A stretch of 64,000 nucleotides of DNA from an uncultured Gemmatimonadales bacterium (lineage in GTDB: Bacteria > Gemmatimonadota > Gemmatimonadetes > Longimicrobiales > Gaopeijiaceae), in contig CAWELD010000003.1 in the NCBI GenBank assembly GCA_963809895.1, forward strand, positions 1,664,001 to 1,728,000, given 5' to 3'. The position numbers were made by a program, and so were the translations under genes. The notes under the pieces are model-generated. The model was not told where the DNA came from, searched no databases, and saw only the letters and a list, made by a program, of their open reading frames with translations. The first letter of the stretch is position 1. Each line of letters opens with the position of its first letter. Shown piece after piece: positions 21,714 to 29,915 of the stretch.

Positions 21714-22853
21714 CTACGGTTGCACTTCGGCCTCGGTCCAGTTCGGTATCAGGGCGGCGCGGACGCGATCCGGAGGGAGCGAATGTGCCCACTCCGGGCC
21801 GGAGCGCACGCGGCCAGGCTGCTCGAGCAGCACGTAGCGCGCGATCCCTCCGCGCACCTTCTTGTCCCTGGCCGTGCGCTCCAGGATCGCATCCAGATCC
21901 GCAGTGGCCGCGGGCGCCGTGGGAAGCCCGAAGCGCCGCAGAACCGCCACCAGTCGATCGGCCGAGCCCATCCGTGTCACCCCCAGGGATTCGCCGAGCC
22001 GTGCCTCGAGCACCATGCCCACACTCACCGCGGACCCGTGAGGCAGCGCGTACCCCGAGTGGGCCTCGAGGGCGTGACCGAGGGTGTGGCCGAAATTGAG
22101 GATCTCCCTCAGCCCCCCTTCCCTCTCGTCGCGGCCCACCACCTCGGCTTTGATCTCGATGGAGCGCACCACGGCGGCGAGCGTGGGCGAAGGGGCCCCT
22201 TCCAGCAGCCCCGCCACCTCCGCCTCCAGAGACGTCAGGTAGGCCTCGTCGAGGATGGCGCCGTGCTTGACGGCTTCGGCCCAACCCTGGGCCCGCTCCT
22301 CCCGGGCGAGCGTGGCCACCGTCTCCGGATCCACTACCACCAGTCGCGGCGGGTGGAAGGATCCTACCAGGTTCTTGCCGGCGCCGGTGTCCACGCCCGT
22401 CTTGCCGCCCACGGCGCTGTCCACCATGGCGACCACGCTGGTGGGAACCTGAACCACCGGGACTCCCCGCATGAAGGTCGCGGCGACGAACCCCGCGAGA
22501 TCGCCCGTGACGCCCCCTCCCACGGCCACCACGCCGCCGTCGCGGGCCATGCCCGACGCCAGCAGCTCATCGGTGAGCCGGGCCCAGGTCTCCCGGTTCT
22601 TGTGGCGCTCTCCGGCAGGAAAGACGTGAAGGCCCAGCGCCACACCCTCGGCCCGCAGCGCCGCCAGGGCCTCGGCCCCGTAGCGGGGGCCCACGTTGCT
22701 GTCGGCGATGACCGCCCACCCGCGAACCTGCGGCGCGTGCCGACGGACCAGGGCGCCCAACTCGTGCCGAAGACCCCGGGCGATCAGCACCGGATACTCC
22801 CCGGCGGCGGCGGGCACGTCGACACGGTGGGCCCGGGTTCCCCCTGTCGTCAC
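21714..22853 (-). CDS. aroB: 3-dehydroquinate synthase
   Basis: GGGVTGDLAGFVAATFMRG, VDSAVGGKTG, GKNLVGSFHPP, LNFGHTLGHALE; GTG start overlapping upstream TGA. Confidence 0.96.
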   Translation of the reverse strand: MTTGGTRAHRVDVPAAAGEYPVLIARGLRHELGALVRRHAPQVRGWAVIADSNVGPRYGAEALAALRAEGVALGLHVFPAGERHKNRETWARLTDELLASGMARDGGVVAVGGGVTGDLAGFVAATFMRGVPVVQVPTSVVAMVDSAVGGKTGVDTGAGKNLVGSFHPPRLVVVDPETVATLAREERAQGWAEAVKHGAILDEAYLTSLEAEVAGLLEGAPSPTLAAVVRSIEIKAEVVGRDEREGGLREILNFGHTLGHALEAHSGYALPHGSAVSVGMVLEARLGESLGVTRMGSADRLVAVLRRFGLPTAPAATADLDAILERTARDKKVRGGIARYVLLEQPGRVRSGPEWAHSLPPDRVRAALIPNWTEAEVQP

Positions 22854-24076
22854 GGCGAGCCCCCCTCCAGCGCCACCTCGACCTGTGCGGCCCCACCTAC
22901 CCGAAGCAGCAGTCCCGGTCGCCCGGCCCATTCGGTGGCGACGACGGACGCACCCCCGGGGAAACCCTCGCTCCCCGACTCGAGCAGGGCCTGGACCCGG
23001 TCTCGGTCTGCCGCCGAGTCCCACACCGACGCCCACACCAGATGGGGGTCCCCTCCCGTCGCCGGCTCCAGCAGCGCCCAGCGGTCGCCGTCCCATCCAC
23101 GCGCGGGCTCGTCGGTGCCGCCCGCGGCCCGCAGCATCACGTCGGTCTCGGCCTGGCCGAGGACATCGTCCATCAGGATCCGGTCTCCGGAGACGGCGAT
23201 GTCGACCTCCGTGGGCATATCGCGAGGCTCACCGAGAAAGCGCTCCGGCTCGAGCACTTGTTCCGTCGAGGTGGGCAACTCGGCTCCGAAGGGCGGCGGG
23301 CGCCGCGCATCGGACTGCCACAGGCGCAGCACGAAGGTGGCCCCGGCCAGATAGGGCAGCAGCAGGCCCTGCTGGATGACCTCCGGCGCCCCCGCGAGGG
23401 CCGGATACTGGTCGCGGGCGGCCTCCAGAAGCGGCCCCAGCTGCTCCGCCATGCCGGGGATCTGCGCGAGATCCACGGGCCCACCCGCCTGCTCGCTCAT
23501 GTACTCGAGCATCACCAGGGTGGCGTGACCCTCGATGGCGGACTGCGCCGCCGTTCGCCGGTCGTTGCCCAACGCCGGGCTGGTCAGGGAGTCCAGATCC
23601 ACCGATTGGTCCTGGACCGCGTGCACCAACTCGTGCAGCACGATGGGACGCAACACCTCCGCCGATTGGTCATCGAGGACGAAGAGCGCGGTGGAATCCG
23701 GATCGTAGAAGCCGGCCACCTGTTCGAGATAGACGGACAACAGAAGCTGGCGGAGATCCAGGTCCGCCGGCATCATCCCGAGAAGATGGTATGCCTGCGC
23801 GAGGTTGCGGGCCCGCTCCGGCGGCAGCTCCTGGTCCAGCTTCGCGCGCAGGAAGCCCTCGAGCTGGGCCCGCGAACGGCGTTCGATGTGCACCGGCTCC
23901 CGGATCTCGAATCCAGAGCGGGCCGCGAGCTCCGGGAGCATCTCGCTGGCCATGGCCTCGAGGGCGGGGTCGGCGCTGACCACCAGGGTATCTGCGACGG
24001 TGGCCCTTGAGGCGCCGTCTCCGCCGCCGCAGGCGGTGAGGAACAGGGTTGCGAGCCCGAGCAGGAAGGAGTTCAC
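22850..24076 (-). CDS. lipoprotein with HExxH putative zinc-metallopeptidase motif
   Basis: Lipobox LTAC; EQVAGFYDP, HELVHAVQDQ, AIEGHAT, LPTSTEQVLEPE, GWDGDR. Confidence 0.7.
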   Translation of the reverse strand: MNSFLLGLATLFLTACGGGDGASRATVADTLVVSADPALEAMASEMLPELAARSGFEIREPVHIERRSRAQLEGFLRAKLDQELPPERARNLAQAYHLLGMMPADLDLRQLLLSVYLEQVAGFYDPDSTALFVLDDQSAEVLRPIVLHELVHAVQDQSVDLDSLTSPALGNDRRTAAQSAIEGHATLVMLEYMSEQAGGPVDLAQIPGMAEQLGPLLEAARDQYPALAGAPEVIQQGLLLPYLAGATFVLRLWQSDARRPPPFGAELPTSTEQVLEPERFLGEPRDMPTEVDIAVSGDRILMDDVLGQAETDVMLRAAGGTDEPARGWDGDRWALLEPATGGDPHLVWASVWDSAADRDRVQALLESGSEGFPGGASVVATEWAGRPGLLLRVGGAAQVEVALEGGSP

Positions 24077-24600
24077 GACGATGCACTCCGGAGAGCGGAT
24101 GGGGCAGCCACGACGTGGGCCTCCGGGAGGTCTCCACGCAGTCTCGACCAGATGTCCTCTACCGTTTCGCCGCTCACCGGATCCCTCCAGGTCGGCACGA
24201 CCTCACACAAGGGAGCCAGAACGAAGGAACGCTCCTTCCAGCGAGGGTGAGGCACGACCAGGCCGGGCTCGGCCACGACCAGCGACCCGAAGAGCAGCAC
24301 GTCGATGTCCAGAGGACGCGGCGCATTGCGAAAGCTACGCTCCCTGCCGGCGGTGCGCTCCACGGCCAGCGCCGCCTCGAGAAGCGGACGCGGCGAGCCC
24401 CTCCACCGGCCGATGACCGCGGCGTTCAGGAAATCGGGTTGGTCCTCGTACCCCACGGGCGCCGATTCGTAGACCGACGATACCATGATCCGGTGAAGCC
24501 CCAGGGCCCCGAGCTGGTGCACGGCCGCCCGCAGGTGTCCCAGCGAATCCCCCAGGTTGGACCCGAGTCCAAGGGCCACGGCGGTGCCTACTTCGGTCAA
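24073..24600 (-). CDS. folK: 2-amino-4-hydroxy-6-hydroxymethyldihydropteridine diphosphokinase
   Basis: LGLGSNLGD, SSVYESAPVG..DQPDFLNAA, PRPLDIDVLL, PHPRWKERSFVLAPL; ORF-track N-terminal extension is antisense to the next gene. Confidence 0.95.
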   Translation of the reverse strand: MTEVGTAVALGLGSNLGDSLGHLRAAVHQLGALGLHRIMVSSVYESAPVGYEDQPDFLNAAVIGRWRGSPRPLLEAALAVERTAGRERSFRNAPRPLDIDVLLFGSLVVAEPGLVVPHPRWKERSFVLAPLCEVVPTWRDPVSGETVEDIWSRLRGDLPEAHVVAAPSALRSASS

Positions 24601-24784
24601 CGGGAATCTCGACGGGCCTGGAGGACGGAGGAATCCGGGATCGGGGCCCCGGCTGAATCCGGAAACCTCGGCAGTGTGGACGCGTACAAGATAGGCGAAG
24701 GGATTCAGGGGTCCAGAGAATCCCGCACTCTCACGCTGCGCCGGCCTTCCGAAGGCCGTGCCCCGCCGACCCGGAGGTCGTTTC

Positions 24785-25522
24785 GTGCGCACCCGCTCCT
24801 TCGTGCTTCCTGTTCTCACGCTGGCGATGTCGACGCTCCTCGCCTCGCCCCTGCACGCGCAGGCTCGCGATTGGACCATATCGGTCACCGCCGACGCCGG
24901 GGTGTTCGTGCCCATCCGCAACCTGGGCAAGAACGCCGGGGCCACGCAGAGCCTGCCGGTTCTACAGGTCGTGGCGGACATGAACAGCGCCTTCCAGACG
25001 GGGTTCGGCATCGAGCTCAGCCATCCGTCCAAAGACATCCTGGTCCGCGCCATGTACCGCACCACCGTGGGCGGCACCGTCACCGGGCGCCTCGGCCTGT
25101 GCGGGGATCCCAGCGATCCCCTCTTCACCGGGGCCATCTGCCAACCGGTGGAGAACGATGCCAAGGTCCAGACCTTCTTCGCGGACGTGGGATTCATACG
25201 AGGGGACCCGGGCTCTCGCCTGCGACCGGTGATCCGCATGGGACTGGGCGTTCGCAAGTATTCCTTCGGGACGGTGGTCTGCCAGGACCCGTCGGATTGG
25301 GAGGTGGTGTGCAATTTCACCAGCGACATCTGGAACGACGCGGGCGGCCTCACCCCGACCCTGAGCTTCGGCGTGGGGCTGCAGGGCGAGTTGGGGCCGC
25401 TCACGGTCCGGGCCGAGGCGCTCGACCAGGTGAACCGGTACTCGGGTGGTGCGGGAAGCGCCGACGGCAACATCCAGAATGACGGGTCGATCTCGTTGGG
25501 GCTCGCGTACCGCATTCGCTGA
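24785..25522 (+). CDS. secreted outer-membrane beta-barrel-like protein
   Basis: RBS GGAGG then GTG; signal peptide ending PLHA|Q; alternating beta-strand patterns; C-terminal ISLGLAYRIR. Confidence 0.6.
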   Translation: MRTRSFVLPVLTLAMSTLLASPLHAQARDWTISVTADAGVFVPIRNLGKNAGATQSLPVLQVVADMNSAFQTGFGIELSHPSKDILVRAMYRTTVGGTVTGRLGLCGDPSDPLFTGAICQPVENDAKVQTFFADVGFIRGDPGSRLRPVIRMGLGVRKYSFGTVVCQDPSDWEVVCNFTSDIWNDAGGLTPTLSFGVGLQGELGPLTVRAEALDQVNRYSGGAGSADGNIQNDGSISLGLAYRIR

Positions 25523-25526
25523 CCCC

Positions 25527-27506
25527 ATGCGCCCTCCCGCCCTCGTCGTCGCCGTCCCCCTGTTGTTGGGGGCCCAGGGTCTGGTCCTGCCCGTGCAGGG
25601 TCAGAGTACGGCCATGGCCCAGCAAGACGCCGCTCGCTCCCTGGCCCCCGCGGACTACTACACGGAAGGGGTGAAGCTGCGGGATCAAGGACATTGGCAG
25701 GAGGCGCTCGACCTGTGGGAGGAGGGTCGGGACGAGTTGTCCGCCGCGGGGGTCCACGATCCGCGCATCGGAACCGCCTACGTGGAACTCGCCACCGAGA
25801 AGGACGCCGACGACCGGTACGCGACGGCTTCGGAGATGGTGCTGTGGGGATTCTCGGACACGCCTATCGACGGGAGCAGGTCCGCCGCCGAGGACGAGTT
25901 GGACCGCATCCTCCTCATCATGGGCGACTCCACGCGTGCGAAATGGGCAGAGTTGAAGGATGCCCCGGAAGACGAGCTCCTCCTGCGACTCAAGGAATTC
26001 TGGATCGAGAAGGACCCCACGCCGTCCACCCCGCTCAACGAACGCCTCATCGAGCACTGGCGGAGGATCGCCGAGGCACGGCGCCGTTTCGTCTTCAACC
26101 GGCGGTCGGTGATCGGAACCGACGACCGCGGGGTCGTCTTTCTGCGCTACGGAGAGCCGGCACGCGTCAAGAAGGGCTCTCTGGGCGCCAGCGAGCACGA
26201 GTTGATGGTACGGGTTCCCCGGGATCCGGAGGGTCGTGCCCAGCTCAGGAATTTCGACGTCCACCCCCAGTACGAGGTCTGGGTGTACGACCAGCTCAAC
26301 GATCAGGGCTTCACGTACTTCCTGTTCGGGAACGTGGACGGGACGGGTCCCTTCGAGTTGGTGAACGGTGTCCACGACCTCATTCCCACCCAGGCGCGTT
26401 CGCGGGCTTCCGCTCGCTACGTTCCGGGGGGCGTGCCGGCCTCGTACTATCTGGAGCTCTTCTACTACCAGGATCTGTCGGCGGTGGGGGGCCAGTTCGG
26501 GGATCGGTTCAGCGAGCTGGACCAGCTCTGGAACCTCTACACCCAGCGGCGCAAAGGGTACGTATCGGCATCTCGCATCGCCCCGTTGGAGTCCGAGATG
26601 GACGCTCTGGGCGACCGCTACCGGATGCAAGACGAGTTCGATCCCGTCAACCCTCCACAGACCCCGGTGCTGTCGGCATTCGAGGGCCACGCCCGTGACG
26701 AGCTGATCGCTCAGATGGTGCGTACCCTCTCCGATGACGACGTACCCCTCCTCATGGTGCTCGCCACCTCGGCGCCCCGACTGACCGCCGACCGGCGCGA
26801 CGCGTACCGGCAGGAGTTGAACGTCCCCGGATGGACCATGCGGCATACGCTCATCATTCGGGACCAACACTTCGACGAGGTCGGGCGGCTGGTCCTGCCC
26901 GTCGATCCCGAGCACGCCGACGCTTCGCAGTTCGTGATTCGGCACGTGCCCCAACCTCTCCACCTGACGGTCACGGCCCAGACCTTCCGGCAGGCCGAGG
27001 TGGAGGAAGGAGCAGAGGCTCCGGACACGTTGGTGGCAAGCGCGAGATTACCCGGACAGGTGCACCTGAATCCGGAAGAGCCGCTGTCGCCGGACCCGGA
27101 TCACTTCGAGATGAGCGACCTGCTCACTGGAACGCCCGTGCCTCCGGAGGTGGACGCACGGGCGCTTCCCTTCGACGTGCTCCCGGCACGTCGGATCTGG
27201 CGCAGGGATCCGCTACGGATCTATCTGGAGCTCTATCACCTCGGCCAGGCGCCGGACGGGGCGGCCGACGTGGAAGCCCGCTTCACCGTCGTGCCCCTCC
27301 TGGAGGATGGCAGCGTGGACCGCGACCGGGAGCCGGTGACGCTGGACGACATCAGCCTTCGGCCTGACGGTCGTACCTACCGCCAGTTCTTCGACATCGC
27401 GCTTCGCGACCAGGATGTCGGACCCTATCGCATCGAGGTGGAGATCACCGACCGCGTGCGGGGTGAAACACTCAGGCGCGAGGCGCGCATCGAGCTCCAG
27501 AACTGA
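25527..27506 (+). CDS. GWxTD domain-containing secreted protein
   Basis: Signal peptide; FWIEKDPTPSTPLNE..EHWRRIAEA..F, GTDDRGVVFLRYGEP, YEVWVY; C-terminal Ig-like beta sandwich (GPYRIEVEITD). Confidence 0.8.
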   Translation: MRPPALVVAVPLLLGAQGLVLPVQGQSTAMAQQDAARSLAPADYYTEGVKLRDQGHWQEALDLWEEGRDELSAAGVHDPRIGTAYVELATEKDADDRYATASEMVLWGFSDTPIDGSRSAAEDELDRILLIMGDSTRAKWAELKDAPEDELLLRLKEFWIEKDPTPSTPLNERLIEHWRRIAEARRRFVFNRRSVIGTDDRGVVFLRYGEPARVKKGSLGASEHELMVRVPRDPEGRAQLRNFDVHPQYEVWVYDQLNDQGFTYFLFGNVDGTGPFELVNGVHDLIPTQARSRASARYVPGGVPASYYLELFYYQDLSAVGGQFGDRFSELDQLWNLYTQRRKGYVSASRIAPLESEMDALGDRYRMQDEFDPVNPPQTPVLSAFEGHARDELIAQMVRTLSDDDVPLLMVLATSAPRLTADRRDAYRQELNVPGWTMRHTLIIRDQHFDEVGRLVLPVDPEHADASQFVIRHVPQPLHLTVTAQTFRQAEVEEGAEAPDTLVASARLPGQVHLNPEEPLSPDPDHFEMSDLLTGTPVPPEVDARALPFDVLPARRIWRRDPLRIYLELYHLGQAPDGAADVEARFTVVPLLEDGSVDRDREPVTLDDISLRPDGRTYRQFFDIALRDQDVGPYRIEVEITDRVRGETLRREARIELQN

Positions 27507-27528
27507 GGTCCCGGACCGCCACGCTCTG

Positions 27529-28023
27529 TCAGCGGCGTACCCCCGTGCCGACCTCCAGGCGCATGTCCGAATAGACCTTCCGGAATTCGTCCCGGATCGC
27601 CGAGGGCATGGGGGCTGGGTGCCATTCCGGAACCGCTTCCGAGCGCACCTGGTTGGAAACCTCGAAGGTGACGCGTAGCACGCCGTCCGAGTAATCCATC
27701 TGTCCCTCGAGCAGTCGACCGGTCAGGATGATCTGGTTGCGCGCCTGCGTGACGCCTTCGGCGGCCTCGGCGGGCTCCGGTTGTCGAAGCATCCACTGCG
27801 ACTGCACCCGGAGCGAACGGCTGGTCTTCTCTTCCCGTTCCACCGGGATGCCGTGCTTGGTCCAGATCTTCTGGCGAGCTTCCTGGAGAGGGAGCGAGAG
27901 CACACGCCCCAGATCCTCACGGTACACGTCTCCCGACGGGCCGCCGCCTCCGGAGGCGCATGCGCCCCCCGCAGCGAGAATGGTGAACGATGCCAGTAGG
28001 GCGCCTACGAATCTCGTTCGCAT
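27529..28023 (-). CDS. lipoprotein of unknown function
   Basis: RBS GGAGG; MRTRFVGALLASFTILAAGGAC lipobox. Confidence 0.7.
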   Translation of the reverse strand: MRTRFVGALLASFTILAAGGACASGGGGPSGDVYREDLGRVLSLPLQEARQKIWTKHGIPVEREEKTSRSLRVQSQWMLRQPEPAEAAEGVTQARNQIILTGRLLEGQMDYSDGVLRVTFEVSNQVRSEAVPEWHPAPMPSAIRDEFRKVYSDMRLEVGTGVRR

Positions 28024-28115
28024 GGATGTCCTCCGCTGGGGTATGGTTCGGAAGGGTCTTGCCACTCCGGGGCCAGAAGAGTACGACGGCCCCGGGGTCC
28101 CTGTCCATGAACGGC

Positions 28116-28153
28116 GAACGGGCCGCCGCGGGAACCCCCGCGACGACCCGTTC
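28116..28153 (-). terminator. hairpin downstream of susD
   Basis: Minus strand GAACGGGTCGTCGCGGG-GGTT-CCCGCGGCGGCCCGTTC stem with G-U pairs. Confidence 0.5.
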
Positions 28154-28183
28154 TGATACCGCGTCCGGACTACGCCGACTGGA

Positions 28184-29824
28184 TCAGTTGGCGATGGTTC
28201 CGGTCTTCGCGTCGGCGTCACGCTGCGCCTGGCGGAAGCGCTCGAAAGCGACCCGCTTGGCGTGCAGACCCTCCGGCGAGAAATCGGCGATGAGGCTCGG
28301 GGCCGAGCTGTTGCCGCCCGGGCCACCGAAGGTGTAGATGTCCTCGAGCAGGAGCAGGAGCTCGCTGCCGGGGATCGGCAACTGGGTCGGGGTGTCCTTC
28401 ACCAGGTCGCCCCAGCCACGGTCGTCGAAGTACTCGATGAACGGGCCGTAGTGGAAGAGCTCGATGCGCTTCTCGTACTTGAGCGCCTCCCACAGATCGC
28501 CGCAGCTGCCGTCTGCCGTGCGGGGCACGCAGTCCGGCCCGGGCGCCGTACCGTTCACGTCGGTGAAGGCCGGCAGATTGCCGTTGGCCCGGTGCTCGTT
28601 GACGAGAGCCATGGCCCCGGCCTTGTCGCCGGTGCGGTACATGGCCTCGGCCATGAGCAGGTCACGCTCGATGGGCGTCCACTCCGGAAGCCGGCCGATG
28701 AAGCCGGAGGAGTAGTAGTTCCACCGCACGTCCAGGTAGTTGGAGTAGTGGTAGTACCCCCGGTTGGCCGGGAACGGGCTCGACCCGATGTAGGCGATCA
28801 GACTGCCATCGCTGTCGGGCGTGTCACCCGTGACCCGCCGGTCCGGCGTCACGACGTCGAACGGACGCCGGTCGTCGGGTGGCGTGGCCAGCCACTCCTG
28901 GAACTTCCCGCTCTGGTCGGCCGGCCCGTAGGTCCGGATGTCCAGGCGGGCCCAACCGGCGATGGCCGCGGTGTGCAGCTTGTCGCGGGCCCACGCCCAG
29001 TTGTTGCCGTCGTCGTACGTGGCGTAGTCCTCGTCGGGACCGAGGCCGTTCTGCACGTCGGACAGGATCTTGTTCCAGTCCGCCGCATCACGGTCCGCCT
29101 TGCTCCGGGCCACCTCGGACAGCACCCGGGCACGCCACGACGAGATCCAGCGCGCGAACTTCGCGCTCGTGAACTCCACGTCGAAGCCGATCCACTCGGG
29201 CGGGATGGTGAAGGAGTTGGCCTTCGCCATCTGCTCCGCCTCGTTCAGCTTCGCGATGCCGGCATCGAACACGTCCTGATAGGGCGCGAACGAGAGGGAC
29301 TCGAGGTCCGTGTTCTCGTCGACGATGAAGCCCTTGTCGAAGAGCATGCCGATGTAGGCCATGCTCAGGCCCTGCACGAACTTGCCGAAGGCCATGGCAC
29401 GCGCGTTGTCCGCACCGCCCTGGCCGATGTCGATGCCGCCATCGATGGCGATGAAGCCGTCACGCACGGCCGCCAGAGCGCCGTACAGATCGCTCCAGGG
29501 CGTCTCGGCCACGTTGTTGTACGAATAGGCCGGGTCGTTGTCGTACTCCTTGCGGGGCTCCCAGCCGAAGTCCCGCATCCCCCAGTTACCCCAGGAGGAC
29601 GAGTGGGCGTCGGCCGCCGTGGACAGCGCCGAGCCCGGATACGAGTAGTGGATCGTCGACCACACCGACGAGTAGGCCCCCGAGATCAGGGACTCCACAT
29701 CGTTGGGTGTCGCGATAGCGCGGGCGCGGTCCGGATCGTTGAGGTTCGTCACCTCGAGATCCGCACACGCCGTCCCGGCCATGGCCAGGAGCGCCGTCAG
29801 CGCCAGAAATCGATAAAGTCTCAT
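28184..29824 (-). CDS. RagB/SusD family nutrient-uptake outer-membrane lipoprotein
   Basis: Lipobox GTAC-ADLEVTNLNDPD, LLMAEAMYR, LKYEKRIELF, DDRGWGDL; directly downstream of susC. Confidence 0.88.
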   Translation of the reverse strand: MRLYRFLALTALLAMAGTACADLEVTNLNDPDRARAIATPNDVESLISGAYSSVWSTIHYSYPGSALSTAADAHSSSWGNWGMRDFGWEPRKEYDNDPAYSYNNVAETPWSDLYGALAAVRDGFIAIDGGIDIGQGGADNARAMAFGKFVQGLSMAYIGMLFDKGFIVDENTDLESLSFAPYQDVFDAGIAKLNEAEQMAKANSFTIPPEWIGFDVEFTSAKFARWISSWRARVLSEVARSKADRDAADWNKILSDVQNGLGPDEDYATYDDGNNWAWARDKLHTAAIAGWARLDIRTYGPADQSGKFQEWLATPPDDRRPFDVVTPDRRVTGDTPDSDGSLIAYIGSSPFPANRGYYHYSNYLDVRWNYYSSGFIGRLPEWTPIERDLLMAEAMYRTGDKAGAMALVNEHRANGNLPAFTDVNGTAPGPDCVPRTADGSCGDLWEALKYEKRIELFHYGPFIEYFDDRGWGDLVKDTPTQLPIPGSELLLLLEDIYTFGGPGGNSSAPSLIADFSPEGLHAKRVAFERFRQAQRDADAKTGTIAN

Positions 29825-29865
29825 GTGTATTCTCCAGTTCGGTCACTTCGTTCGATGGCCGCCTC

Positions 29866-29899
29866 CGGGACCGGCTTCCCGAGGGAAACCGGTCGCCGG
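29866..29899 (-). terminator. intergenic hairpin between susC and susD (attenuator or mRNA stabiliser)
   Basis: CCGGGACCGGCTTCCC-GA-GGGAAACCGGTCGCCGG imperfect inverted repeat. Confidence 0.4.
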
Positions 29900-29915
29900 A
29901 GTCGCGCGGACATCG

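Noticed and set aside
24601..25515. Long N-terminal extension of folK (also those of aroB, etfB, thiE, thiD, punA, gamma-CA, atpI in the ORF track)
   Set aside because: Extensions overlap neighbouring real genes in other frames or strands; family homology starts at the trimmed starts, which mostly have an RBS or stop-start overlap
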